In this document: positions 8,691-17,659 of the stretch, in pieces
Position numbering within the stretch: the stretch's first letter is position 1
Layout of the letters: the number at the start of each line of letters is the position of its first letter
From: Candidatus Eiseniibacteriota bacterium
Lineage (GTDB): Bacteria > Eisenbacteria > RBG-16-71-46
Direction of reading: 5' to 3'
DNA: 31,795 nt
NCBI GenBank assembly: GCA_031366795.1
Contig: JANLOX010000261.1
Location: forward strand, 1-31,795
Translations under genes and position numbers: made by a program
Notes under the pieces: model-generated
Databases searched by the model: none
The model's input: only the letters and a program-made list of their open reading frames with translations
Told to the model about the DNA's origin: nothing

Positions 8691-10103
8691 GTGCCCAGAA
8701 TCCCCTTTGCAGCAGCCTGCATTGCGATGTTTGCAGTAAGCCTCGCCCATGCCCAGATCCCGCAGCCCGACTCGCTCGCCGTCCCGTCCGCCGTAGCACC
8801 CGCCGTAGCACCCGCTCCGGTCGTGACGAACGGCCGCACTGTTCTCGCCGATGGCACCACGCGCGACCTGTGGACGCTGCCCAATGGGCTGCGCGTGGTC
8901 ACGCGGGATATCCCGGGCGCCAAGACCGCCACGGTTACCTTGAGCTACCGGCTGGGCGCCCGCGAGGACCCGCCGGCACGTGAGGGCCTCGCGGAACTCG
9001 TGGGGCAGGCGGCGTTCACCGGACGCTGCGCCGACGTTCCCGCGCGCTCCATGCTCGAGCTCGACCAGTTGCGCCCCGCCGGCTGGAGCCTGCGCGTCGG
9101 CCCGCACCTGACCGAGATGGCCGAATCCTCCCCCCCGGAATTGCTCGCGAGCGTGCTGCACCAACTCGGGGCGCGCCTGACGGGCGTCGCGGTCAATGAT
9201 TCGCTGCTGCGCCGCAGCCGCACCGAAGTGCAACGGCGGCTGCGCGTGAATTACGACTCGCAGCCGGAGAAGTCGCTGTATTTCTTGAGCGGCGAGATGG
9301 CTGCCGGACGCCCCGCCGAGCGCGCGATCCGCTACGCCACGGGCGCTGGCCTCGAAGGCGTCACCTCTCGCGACGTCGCCGAGCTGATGAAGCAGCGGAT
9401 GTGCCCCGCCAACACGGTGATGTGCATCGTCGGCAACCTCGCGGGCTATGACCTGCACGCGATCATCGAGCGGCAGCTCGGCAGCACCCCGGCGGGCAAG
9501 GCCGCGCCAGCGCCGCAGTGGGGCAAGAGCTTCGCCTCGGCCGCGGTGCTCAAACGGCCCGACCTGAAGCAGGTGCTGGGCACCGTCGCGATCATCGCCC
9601 CTGCTCTCACTGACTCCCTGCATGCCTACTTCACCGCCTTCACCGCCGCGGCCGTCGGGCCGCTGCGCGCCACGTGGGGAAAGCCCGAGCCGCCGATGAC
9701 CTCGCGCTTCCAGTACTCGATCGCCACAGACCCGGAATTGGTGCGGTTTTACCCCAAGATCACGCAAGACATCGGCCCCGACCAATCGCTCACCAGCGCC
9801 CTGAACTCGAATGCCGACGCGATCCTCGATTCGTCCGCCGTGGCGGTCGCGGCGGGGAACATGATCTGGCTGACCGGCGGCGAGCTGCCGGCGGACCTGC
9901 TCCTGCGGGCGCGGACTGATGCCACGGTGATCCATACCCTGTCGACCACGCTGGCGGCACTCGCCTCCTATGAAGACGAGTCGTTCTGGATGGCGTATCG
10001 CGAGCGGCTGCTGCGCGCCTACCGCTTCGACCTCGGGCCGTTCCTGTCGGTGTACGCGAACCCCAAGCGCCGTGTGACGCTGGTGCTTCGCCCGCAGGAT
10101 TGA
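8691..10103 (+). CDS. Secreted M16 (insulinase-like) peptidase homologue, probably inactive
   Basis: TLPNGLRVV, G...DP..REGLA and P.N..MCIVGN match the M16 fold; HxxEH is replaced by ELVGQ. Likely start GTG 8691 (AAGGA 6 nt upstream, then a signal peptide); the ORF track starts at 8664. Confidence 0.75.
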   Translation: MPRIPFAAACIAMFAVSLAHAQIPQPDSLAVPSAVAPAVAPAPVVTNGRTVLADGTTRDLWTLPNGLRVVTRDIPGAKTATVTLSYRLGAREDPPAREGLAELVGQAAFTGRCADVPARSMLELDQLRPAGWSLRVGPHLTEMAESSPPELLASVLHQLGARLTGVAVNDSLLRRSRTEVQRRLRVNYDSQPEKSLYFLSGEMAAGRPAERAIRYATGAGLEGVTSRDVAELMKQRMCPANTVMCIVGNLAGYDLHAIIERQLGSTPAGKAAPAPQWGKSFASAAVLKRPDLKQVLGTVAIIAPALTDSLHAYFTAFTAAAVGPLRATWGKPEPPMTSRFQYSIATDPELVRFYPKITQDIGPDQSLTSALNSNADAILDSSAVAVAAGNMIWLTGGELPADLLLRARTDATVIHTLSTTLAALASYEDESFWMAYRERLLRAYRFDLGPFLSVYANPKRRVTLVLRPQD

Positions 10104-10128
10104 CCCTTTGGCGGGCACGATGTAGCTT
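10100..10128 (+). promoter_or_regulatory. Putative sigma70 promoter of udk
   Basis: TTGACC-17 nt-TAGCTT ending 8 nt before ATG 10137. Confidence 0.55.
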
Positions 10129-10136
10129 GCCAACAC

Positions 10137-10784
10137 ATGGCGCGACGCATCCTCATTGGCATCGCCGGAGGATCCGGATCCGGCAAGACTCTCGTCGCCC
10201 GAACCATTATTCGCGAACTCGGCTCTGACCGGGTCGTGGTGATCGACCAGGACTCCTACTACAAGAACCTGGACGACATTCCGCTCCGCGATCGCGACGC
10301 GCGCAACTTCGACCATCCCGACGCATTCGACAGCGAACTGCTCAAGCGCAACGTTCGCGACCTGCTCGACGGCAAGCCCGTCGAGCAGCCGATCTACGAC
10401 TACGCGCAGCACCGCCGGCTCACCGAAACGCGCCTGATCGGCGATCACGTCGTGATCGTGCTCGAAGGGATCCTGATCTACCTCGATCCCGAGCTGCGCG
10501 CCATGATGGACATCAAGCTGTTCGTTGATGCCGACCACGACGTGCGCTTCATCCGCCGCCTCAAGCGCGACCTCGTCGAACGCGGCCGCTCGGTGGACAG
10601 TATCATCCGCCAGTACGAAGAGAGCGTGCGGCCGATGCACCTGCAGTTCGTGGAGCCGACCAAGCGCCACGCGGACTTGATCATCCCCGAGGGCGGCCAC
10701 AATCGCGTCGCCATCGACCTGGTGAAGACCAAGATCCGCGAACTGCTGCGCGAACGTGGTGTGGAGACCATCCCTTCGGGATAG
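10137..10784 (+). CDS. udk: Uridine kinase
   Basis: GIAGGSGSGKT P-loop, QDSYY, NFDHPDAFD, RRLKRD..ERGR, VRPMHLQFVEPTKRHADLIIPEGG. Confidence 0.96.
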   Translation: MARRILIGIAGGSGSGKTLVARTIIRELGSDRVVVIDQDSYYKNLDDIPLRDRDARNFDHPDAFDSELLKRNVRDLLDGKPVEQPIYDYAQHRRLTETRLIGDHVVIVLEGILIYLDPELRAMMDIKLFVDADHDVRFIRRLKRDLVERGRSVDSIIRQYEESVRPMHLQFVEPTKRHADLIIPEGGHNRVAIDLVKTKIRELLRERGVETIPSG

Positions 10785-10828
10785 TCTCCGGCTGCGCGAG
10801 CACGCTGATTGCTGCGTTGGCGCAGCCG
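10763..10828. terminator. Two adjacent hairpins between convergent udk and debranching-enzyme genes
   Basis: GGAGAC-c-ATCCC/GGGAT-a-GTCTCC spans the udk stop; CGGCTGCGC...GCGCAGCCG at 10789-10828. No U-tract. Confidence 0.4.
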
Positions 10829-10844
10829 CCTATAGCGTAGCGAA

Positions 10845-12905
10845 TTAAAGATCTGCGGTTGCCACACTTCGCGCGCGCGACATCTCGCGGCGGCGCAGGT
10901 CGCGGCGCACTCCGGTGATGGAATGGAACGCGCGCAGCGTCTCCGCCACCGGCCACGCACCCTCGAAGCCACCCCGCGGCGTGTGCGGCGGGTCGCCGTC
11001 CGAGCGGTCCGGCAGCAACGCAGGCCCGCAATCACGCATCAGCGACTGCAGCGGCTCGATGAACTCGAGCGCCGCCGCGCGATCGCCGACGATGCGGCCA
11101 TGAGCGGTGGCGAGCACCGGCAGCAGCCACGTCCAGCCTGAGCCCAGCACCGCGGCGCGCGCGGCATGCAAGGCATCACCGGTCTCGCGGCCCAGGTAGC
11201 GCGAATCGGCCAGCGACAGGCTGCGCACACCGTGCGAGGTCAGCAGGTCGCGCACGCAGCGGGCCAGCACCGAGCGGCGCTGTGGCGCGCTGAGTGGTGA
11301 GTCGGGCAGCGAGATTGCAAACAATTGATTGGGCCGGATCGAGGCGTCGGTGCCGAACGGCCCATCGAGCACATCGAACAGGCAGGACGAAGCGGGATTC
11401 CAGAACCGCGCGAAGCCCGCCTCGATCCGCGTGGCGCGCGACTCCCAGCGCTCGACGGGACGCCGCAGCCGCCGCGCGAAACCCGTCATCGCGGTGTGCG
11501 CGTTGTACCACAGGGCGTTGAGCTCGATTGCCTTGCCATGACGCGGCGGCAAGCCGGCCAGCCGCAGCCGCTGGTCCATCCAGGTCGCATCGATATCGCC
11601 CTCACCCGCGCGCAGCAGCCCATCGCTTAAGTCGGACGAAACGCCCCCGCGCGTGCCGCGTTCCATCGCATCCAGCGCGGACTCCAGCACCGGGAACACC
11701 CGCGACAGGAAGGCCGTGTCGATGGTGTGCTCAAAGTAGGCGCGCACCGCCTGCACGTACCATAGGACGATATCGGGTGCCGCGGCACCGGCCGGCGCAT
11801 CGACAGCCACCGCGGCGTCGACCGCGCCGCTCAAGCGTTCGAGAATTTCCTTGGCGCGCTCCGGGCGGCCGGTCGACAGCGTGAGGCCCGGCAGTGCGAC
11901 CAGTGTATCGCGCGTGAAGTCACCACTCGTGCCCATGCCGGGCACGAGCCCCGGCTGTGAAACGAGCGATCCCGGCGGGTGATCGGCCAGCAGGCTATCC
12001 GCCGCGAGCACCAACGAGCGCATCCACGCCGGTGCCTGGCGCGCGACCGTGGGCTGCGCTTGGCGCCATGCCTCGAGCAGGCCGCGCTCGTGCGCGGAGC
12101 GGCGCGACAACGCGGACACCAGGGCGAGCGGCCCCGCTTCGCCCGCACCCGCGTCACGGCGGGTGCTGGCGACCAATGTGGTCTCTTCACCGGCCTTGAG
12201 CCGCAGGACGAGTTCTGCGGCCAGCAGGTGATCTTCGTGCGCCGGGCTTAAGGGGCTGCCTTCGCGGGCGAGCAGGAAGTCGCGGTGCCAGTCGTGGCGC
12301 GGCAGGATCTCAGCGGAGGGCGCCAGCAGCCACAACGGGGTCGCGCCATCGAATGCCTCGATGCGCAGGCCACCCGTGGCCGGTTCGACACGCGCGGTCC
12401 ACTGGCCGCGGCCCGCGGCGGCGTCCGCCGGGCGATGGTTGACCAGCACGTTGAGGCGCAACCGCGCCGGTTCAGGCGTCGCGCGCAGCCGGTACTGGAT
12501 GTAGGTGGTGTTCTCGCCCTGCTCCATCCAGATGCGCTGCTCGAGCCGCACGCCGGACATAGTCCACACCCACAGCGGGATGCCGTCTTCGAGGCCGAAC
12601 GATTCGAGGTTCAGGTAACCCTGGGGGTCACGCGCGCCGCTGCTCCAGCGACTGGTGTCGAGCGCCCAGCGTTGATCGCGGATTTCGAGCGTCGCCGAGA
12701 ACTTGGCGAGCAGCAACGTCGGCGTGTCGGCGCCCGCGAGTGCGGCGCTCAGCAGCCCGTGCCGGTGGCGCGACAATTCACCGCTGGCGGTTCCGGCGGC
12801 GAAGCCACCGATGCCATTCGAGACGCGCCACTCCCTGCGGCCGGCGACGTCCGGGTCGCCGAGCTCGCCTCGTCCATAGCGAAGCTCGTTCACCAATGCC
12901 TCCAT
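10845..12905 (-). CDS. Glycogen debranching enzyme-like (amylo-alpha-1,6-glucosidase family) protein, divergent
   Basis: REW.VSNGIGGFA N-domain, RDTLVALPGL, TWMD, GKAIELNALWYN, IRPNQLFA, DGDPPHTPRG..AW.VAE.LR. Confidence 0.85.
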   Translation of the reverse strand: MEALVNELRYGRGELGDPDVAGRREWRVSNGIGGFAAGTASGELSRHRHGLLSAALAGADTPTLLLAKFSATLEIRDQRWALDTSRWSSGARDPQGYLNLESFGLEDGIPLWVWTMSGVRLEQRIWMEQGENTTYIQYRLRATPEPARLRLNVLVNHRPADAAAGRGQWTARVEPATGGLRIEAFDGATPLWLLAPSAEILPRHDWHRDFLLAREGSPLSPAHEDHLLAAELVLRLKAGEETTLVASTRRDAGAGEAGPLALVSALSRRSAHERGLLEAWRQAQPTVARQAPAWMRSLVLAADSLLADHPPGSLVSQPGLVPGMGTSGDFTRDTLVALPGLTLSTGRPERAKEILERLSGAVDAAVAVDAPAGAAAPDIVLWYVQAVRAYFEHTIDTAFLSRVFPVLESALDAMERGTRGGVSSDLSDGLLRAGEGDIDATWMDQRLRLAGLPPRHGKAIELNALWYNAHTAMTGFARRLRRPVERWESRATRIEAGFARFWNPASSCLFDVLDGPFGTDASIRPNQLFAISLPDSPLSAPQRRSVLARCVRDLLTSHGVRSLSLADSRYLGRETGDALHAARAAVLGSGWTWLLPVLATAHGRIVGDRAAALEFIEPLQSLMRDCGPALLPDRSDGDPPHTPRGGFEGAWPVAETLRAFHSITGVRRDLRRREMSRARSVATADL

Positions 12906-12982
12906 GCATGAGCAATAGAAATTCAGGGGACCACACGAGATCCTTCCCGTGGCCGCGGCTCATTCTATGATGACGCACCGCT

Positions 12983-13012
12983 TTGACACAACCGCGCAAG
13001 GATCGCTAGCGT
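12983..13012 (+). promoter_or_regulatory. Putative sigma70 promoter of the tdk-ABC operon, overlapping a divergent promoter
   Basis: TTGACA-18 nt-TAGCGT ending 8 nt before ATG 13021; minus-strand TAGAAT at 12962-12967 faces the debranching gene. Confidence 0.55.
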
Positions 13013-13020
13013 CCGCTGCC

Positions 13021-13704
13021 ATGGCCGAACCCATACTGCAACTGCCGCGGACCGGATGGATCGAGGTCATCGTCGGCAGCATGTACAGCGGCAAGACCGA
13101 AGAACTGATCCGGCGCCTGCGCCGCGCGCAGATCGCGCGGCAGCGTGTCGAGATCTTCAAGCCCGGCATCGATGACCGCTATGCCGCCGATGCCATCGTT
13201 TCGCACAGCGAGCTGCGCATCCCTTCGCGAGCCGTCAAACACGCGAAGGACATCCTCAAGCACGCGCATGAAGCCCAGGTGATCGGCATCGACGAGGGCC
13301 AGTTCCTCGGCCGCGGCCTGCTGCCCGTCGTCGAGCAACTGGCCCGCAGCGGTAAGCGGGTGATCGTCGCGGGGCTCGACCAGGACTATCGCGGCCGGCC
13401 ATTCGAGCCAATGCCCGAGCTGCTGGCCATCGCCGAGTACATCACCAAGGCCCTGGCCATCTGCATGGTGTGCGGAGCGCCCGCCAATCGCACCTACCGC
13501 AAGCTCAAGCGCGGCGGCCGGGTCGTCGTGGGCGGCGCGGATCTCTACGAGGCGCGGTGCCGGCGGTGCTTCGATCTCGGACCTCGCGTAAACTCCCGCG
13601 CACCGCTCAAACCCGCCCCCGGAGGTACCGATGTCCCCAAGAAAGTTCGCCCTCGCGCTCGCCGCAGCAACCCTGCTAAGCCTGCTGCTCGCCGGGTGCG
13701 CTAA
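13021..13704 (+). CDS. tdk: Thymidine kinase
   Basis: [30 protein letters not shown], Zn-binding CMVC and YEARCRRC. Start assigned to ATG 13021 from promoter position. Confidence 0.95.
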   Translation: MAEPILQLPRTGWIEVIVGSMYSGKTEELIRRLRRAQIARQRVEIFKPGIDDRYAADAIVSHSELRIPSRAVKHAKDILKHAHEAQVIGIDEGQFLGRGLLPVVEQLARSGKRVIVAGLDQDYRGRPFEPMPELLAIAEYITKALAICMVCGAPANRTYRKLKRGGRVVVGGADLYEARCRRCFDLGPRVNSRAPLKPAPGGTDVPKKVRPRARRSNPAKPAARRVR

Positions 13705-14662
13705 GCAGCAGGCGAAGGCTCCCGCCAGCCCCACGGGCAAGCAGTACAAGGTCGGACTCGTGTTCGACGTCGGCGGGCGCGGCGACAAGTCGTTCAACGA
13801 CGCCGCCTACGCCGGCCTCGACCGCGCCAAGAGCGAGCTCGACGTCAACGTCTCCACACTCGAGATGGGAGAAGGCAACGATCGCGAGGCCGCCCTGCGC
13901 CAGTTGGCCCAGAACGGTTCCCAAATCGTGTTCGGCGTGGGCTTCCTGTTCTCCGACGACATCAAGTCGTTGGCGAAGGAATTCCCCAACACGAAATTCG
14001 CCTGCATCGACTTCACCGTGACGCCCGGCGAATCGCTGCCGCCCAACCTGGTGGCGCTCAAGTTCCGCGAGGAGGAAGGCTCCTACCTCGTCGGTGCCCT
14101 CGCGGGATTGGTCAGCAAGTCCAACCAGTTGGGCTTCGTCGGCGGCATGGAGATCCCGCTGATCAAGAAGTTCGAGGCCGGCTATCGCGCCGGCGTGCTG
14201 AGCGTGCGGCCCGGCGCCAAGCTGCTGGTGAAGTACGCCGGCACCACGGGCGCGGCCTTCAAGGACCCCACCAAGGGCAAGGAACTGGCCCTCGCCGAAT
14301 ATCACGATGGCGCCGACATCATCTTCCACGCCTCGGGATCGACGGGACTGGGCGTGTTCGAAGCCGCGCGCGAACTGCACAAACTGGCGATCGGCGTGGA
14401 TTCGGACCAGTATGACGAAGCGCCGGGAGTGATCCTGACCTCGATGGTGAAGCGCGTCGACACCGCCGTGTTCGAGACCATCAAGCAGGCGCAGGCGGGG
14501 CAGTGGACGGGCGGCGTGAAGGAGTTCGGGCTCAAGGAGAACGGCGTGACGTGGGTCGATGACGGCCGCAACCGCAACCTGGTCCCCGACGCCGCGCGCG
14601 CCAAGGTCGATTCGCTGAAGGCGGCCATCATCGCCGGCAGCATCGTGGTCCCCACACAATAA
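13631..14662 (+). CDS. BMP-family (PnrA/TmpC-like) ABC transporter nucleoside-binding lipoprotein
   Basis: LAGC lipobox, [45 protein letters not shown] at 13621. Confidence 0.93.
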   Translation: MSPRKFALALAAATLLSLLLAGCAKQQAKAPASPTGKQYKVGLVFDVGGRGDKSFNDAAYAGLDRAKSELDVNVSTLEMGEGNDREAALRQLAQNGSQIVFGVGFLFSDDIKSLAKEFPNTKFACIDFTVTPGESLPPNLVALKFREEEGSYLVGALAGLVSKSNQLGFVGGMEIPLIKKFEAGYRAGVLSVRPGAKLLVKYAGTTGAAFKDPTKGKELALAEYHDGADIIFHASGSTGLGVFEAARELHKLAIGVDSDQYDEAPGVILTSMVKRVDTAVFETIKQAQAGQWTGGVKEFGLKENGVTWVDDGRNRNLVPDAARAKVDSLKAAIIAGSIVVPTQ

Positions 14663-14676
14663 CGGCGCACTCCATC

Positions 14677-15558
14677 GTGACTCCAACGCACGCCCCCGCC
14701 TGGACCGATCTGGGCGGGGGCGTGCGTGTGCGGCAATCGCAGGCGTTCATGATGAACTCGGGCGTCCTGCTGGACGCCAAGCACACGCTGGTCATCGACC
14801 CGGGCGTGCTCGAAGCGGAAATCGAGGATATCGCCCGCGTCACGAAAGATGCCGGAAGCGCCGAGACCACGCTGTTCCTGACGCACGCGCACTGGGACCA
14901 TGTACTGGGCGCGCCGTGGTGGCCGGGTGCGGCGAGCATCGCCCACGACCGCTTCGCCGCGGAGCTCAAAGCCGGCGAGGCGCGCACGCTCACCGAAGCG
15001 CAACGCGTGGCCGCCGAGTTCCAATCCACGTGGACGCGCGGCTTCAGGGCATTCCAGCCTCGGCACGCCGTGAGCGGGCTGCACTACACGACGCGCGGTC
15101 CCTGGCACCTGGTGTTCCGCGATGCGCCCGGCCACAGCGACAGCCAGTTGAGCCTGCACCTGCCCGACCGCAAGCTGCTGTTCGCGGCCGACATGCTCTC
15201 GGATGTCGAGATCCCCATCCTCAACCGCGATCCCGCCACCTACCGCAAGACGCTCGAACCGCTGCTGCAACTCGCCGAAAGCGGCGCCATCGAGACGCTG
15301 GTGCCCGGCCACGGCTCGATCGCGCGCGATCGCGACGCGGTGCTGCTGCGTGTGCGCGAGGACCTCGACTACCTCGACACCTTGATGCAGCGGGCGCGTG
15401 CTGCAGCACGCGCCGGCCGCGATCTCGAGGCGACGCAGGCGACGCTCGAGAGCATGGAGTACCGCGGCAAACGCGACGGCCCCTTCCCCATGACCGACGT
15501 CCATCACGACAACGTGCGCTTCGCGTGGACCGCCGCGATGACGCCGAAGCGCCGGTGA
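14677..15558 (+). CDS. Metallo-beta-lactamase fold hydrolase
   Basis: THAHWDH, PGHS, FAAD and PGHG metal-binding motifs; no signal peptide. Confidence 0.88.
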   Translation: MTPTHAPAWTDLGGGVRVRQSQAFMMNSGVLLDAKHTLVIDPGVLEAEIEDIARVTKDAGSAETTLFLTHAHWDHVLGAPWWPGAASIAHDRFAAELKAGEARTLTEAQRVAAEFQSTWTRGFRAFQPRHAVSGLHYTTRGPWHLVFRDAPGHSDSQLSLHLPDRKLLFAADMLSDVEIPILNRDPATYRKTLEPLLQLAESGAIETLVPGHGSIARDRDAVLLRVREDLDYLDTLMQRARAAARAGRDLEATQATLESMEYRGKRDGPFPMTDVHHDNVRFAWTAAMTPKRR

Positions 15559-16655
15559 ACGAGGCCGCCGCCCACGCGCAGGACGGCGGGGCGTCACAGC
15601 CCCCCGCACGGAACCGCAGCCCCAAGACGCCGGCGCTGCTCGTCGCGCTGTCGCCGCTGGCCGCGATCGTCGTGGCGCTCGCGATCGGCGGCGTGTTCAT
15701 CGCCGCGATCGGACAGAACCCGCTCGAGATCTACGCGGTGATGCTGCACGAGAGCCTCGCCACCGGCTATGGGCTCGGGCAGACCCTGTTCCGCGCGACG
15801 CCGCTGATGTTCACCGGGCTCGCGGTGGCACTCGGATTCCGCGCCGGGATGTTCAACATCGGCACCGAGGGCCAGTTGTACCTGGGCGGCTTCGCGGCAG
15901 CCATGGTGGGCGCCACCCTCGCGGGTTGGCCCTCGTGGCTGCTGCTGCCGCTGGCGATGCTGGCCGCCGCCGCCGCGGGGACCGCATGGGGAGCGATTCC
16001 AGGAGTGCTCAAGGCGCGCTTCGGCTCGCACGAAGTCATCAACACGATCATGCTCAACTTCATCTCGTTCGCGCTGGTGGCGTGGTTCGGGCGCTCGGTC
16101 TACCAAACCGCCACCGTCCGCACCGCCGAGATCGGTGCGGGTGCCGTCATCCCCCGGCTGGGCGAGTTGATCCCGGCGTTCAAGGGGACTCCCGCGAACC
16201 TGTCGATCGTGGTGGCGCTCGCCATGGCCGCGGCGACGGGCGTGCTGTTGTTCCGCACGCGGCGCGGCTACGAACTGCGCGCGGTCGGCCTGAACGCGCC
16301 CGCCGCCGAGTACGGCGGCATCTCCGTCGGCGGCGCCCAGATCGTGGCGATGGCGCTGTCGGGGGCACTGGCAGGGCTCGGCGGCATCAACTTCGTGCTC
16401 GGCTACAAGCACTTCTTCGAGCAGGGCTTCTCCGCGGGCGCCGGATTCTTAGGCATCGCCGTGGCGCTGATCGGCCGCAACCATCCGGCGGGCGTCATCA
16501 TCGCAGCACTGTTCTTCGGCGCCCTGTCCTACGCCGGGCTCGTCATCAATGAGCGCGTCCCGCGTGAACTCGTCGACATCCTGCAGGGACTCGTCATCCT
16601 CAGCGCCATCGCCACCCAGCAAGTACTCGAACGGGCAGCGCGAAGGATGCGTTGA
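15555..16655 (+). CDS. Nucleoside/sugar ABC transporter permease (NupB-like)
   Basis: Start GTG 15555 overlaps the MBL stop (GTGA); FNIGTEGQ, HEVINTIMLNF, GYELRAVGLN..AAEYGG. The 14916 start in the ORF track is an upstream extension. Confidence 0.9.
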   Translation: MNEAAAHAQDGGASQPPARNRSPKTPALLVALSPLAAIVVALAIGGVFIAAIGQNPLEIYAVMLHESLATGYGLGQTLFRATPLMFTGLAVALGFRAGMFNIGTEGQLYLGGFAAAMVGATLAGWPSWLLLPLAMLAAAAAGTAWGAIPGVLKARFGSHEVINTIMLNFISFALVAWFGRSVYQTATVRTAEIGAGAVIPRLGELIPAFKGTPANLSIVVALAMAAATGVLLFRTRRGYELRAVGLNAPAAEYGGISVGGAQIVAMALSGALAGLGGINFVLGYKHFFEQGFSAGAGFLGIAVALIGRNHPAGVIIAALFFGALSYAGLVINERVPRELVDILQGLVILSAIATQQVLERAARRMR

Positions 16656-16657
16656 CC

Positions 16658-17566
16658 ATGGAACTCGTGCTGTTCTTGGCCGCCACCCTGCGCATCAGCG
16701 TGCCGTATGCGCTGGCAGCACTAGGTGCTGCGTTCAGCGAACGCGGCGGCGTCATCAACATCGCGCTCGAAGGCATCATGCTGGTCGGAGCGCTCGCCTA
16801 CGTGCTGGGCGCGCATGCCACGGGCTCCCCGTGGATCGGCGCGGGCTGCGCCGTGATCGCGGGCGTGGCGACGGCGGCGCTGCACGCGTTGGTCACGGTG
16901 ACGTTTCGCGCCGACCAGATCACCAGCGGACTCGGTATCAACCTGCTGGCGGCGGGGCTCACGCGATTCGTGCTCAAGCAGGTGTTCCACTCCTCGTCGA
17001 ATTCCAGCCGCGTCGTCGGCTTTGAGGGCTTTTCGGTGCCGGGGATCCTGGGCGTCCCGGGTCTCGGTCCCGTGTTCGCTTCGCCGCTGGTGCTGCTGAC
17101 GCTGGCGCTGATCGGGGCAGGCCACTGGCTGCTGTTCCGCTCGGTGTTCGGGCTGCGGCTGCGCGCCGCGGGCGAGCGACCCGAGTCACTGACCACGCTG
17201 GGGTTGTCGGTGGCGGCGCAGCGCACGCAGGGCGTGCTGATCTCCGGCGCGCTGGCGGGGCTCGCCGGTGCGTGGCTCGCCAGCGAGCAACACTCCTTCA
17301 CCGACGGCATGACCAGCGGCCGCGGCTACATTGCGCTGGCGGCCATGATCGTCGGCAAGTGGTCCCCCATCGGGGGAGCGGCGGCCTGCCTGCTGTTCGG
17401 CGCCGCGGAGGCATTGCAAATCACCTTGCAGGGCTCCGCCTTCCCCAGCGAACTGCTGCAGATGCTGCCCTACCTCGTGACGATGCTGGCGCTTGCGGGC
17501 TTTATCGGGCGGGCGATTCCCCCGCGTTCCGTGGGGGTTCCGTACGATCCTGAACAACCCTCATGA
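16658..17566 (+). CDS. Nucleoside/sugar ABC transporter permease (NupC-like)
   Basis: SERGGVINIALEG, GLRLRAAGE.P, GRGYIALAAMIVGKW, MLPY; ATG 16658 (or TTG 16652). Confidence 0.92.
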   Translation: MELVLFLAATLRISVPYALAALGAAFSERGGVINIALEGIMLVGALAYVLGAHATGSPWIGAGCAVIAGVATAALHALVTVTFRADQITSGLGINLLAAGLTRFVLKQVFHSSSNSSRVVGFEGFSVPGILGVPGLGPVFASPLVLLTLALIGAGHWLLFRSVFGLRLRAAGERPESLTTLGLSVAAQRTQGVLISGALAGLAGAWLASEQHSFTDGMTSGRGYIALAAMIVGKWSPIGGAAACLLFGAAEALQITLQGSAFPSELLQMLPYLVTMLALAGFIGRAIPPRSVGVPYDPEQPS

Positions 17567-17659
17567 GATTTGCCATTTCCTGACGCTCCGTTCGCAGGTT
17601 TGAGTGGTCCAATGGACTGACCGACGCGTAGTCTAGCCGCCGATGCAACCGAGGAACCG

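Noticed and set aside
8670..10700. 676-aa minus-strand ORF
   Set aside because: Antisense to the M16 homologue and udk; no recognisable domain.
14916..15554. Apparent long N-terminal extension of permease 1
   Set aside because: Out-of-frame overlap with the MBL gene; GTG 15555 gives a normal-length permease.
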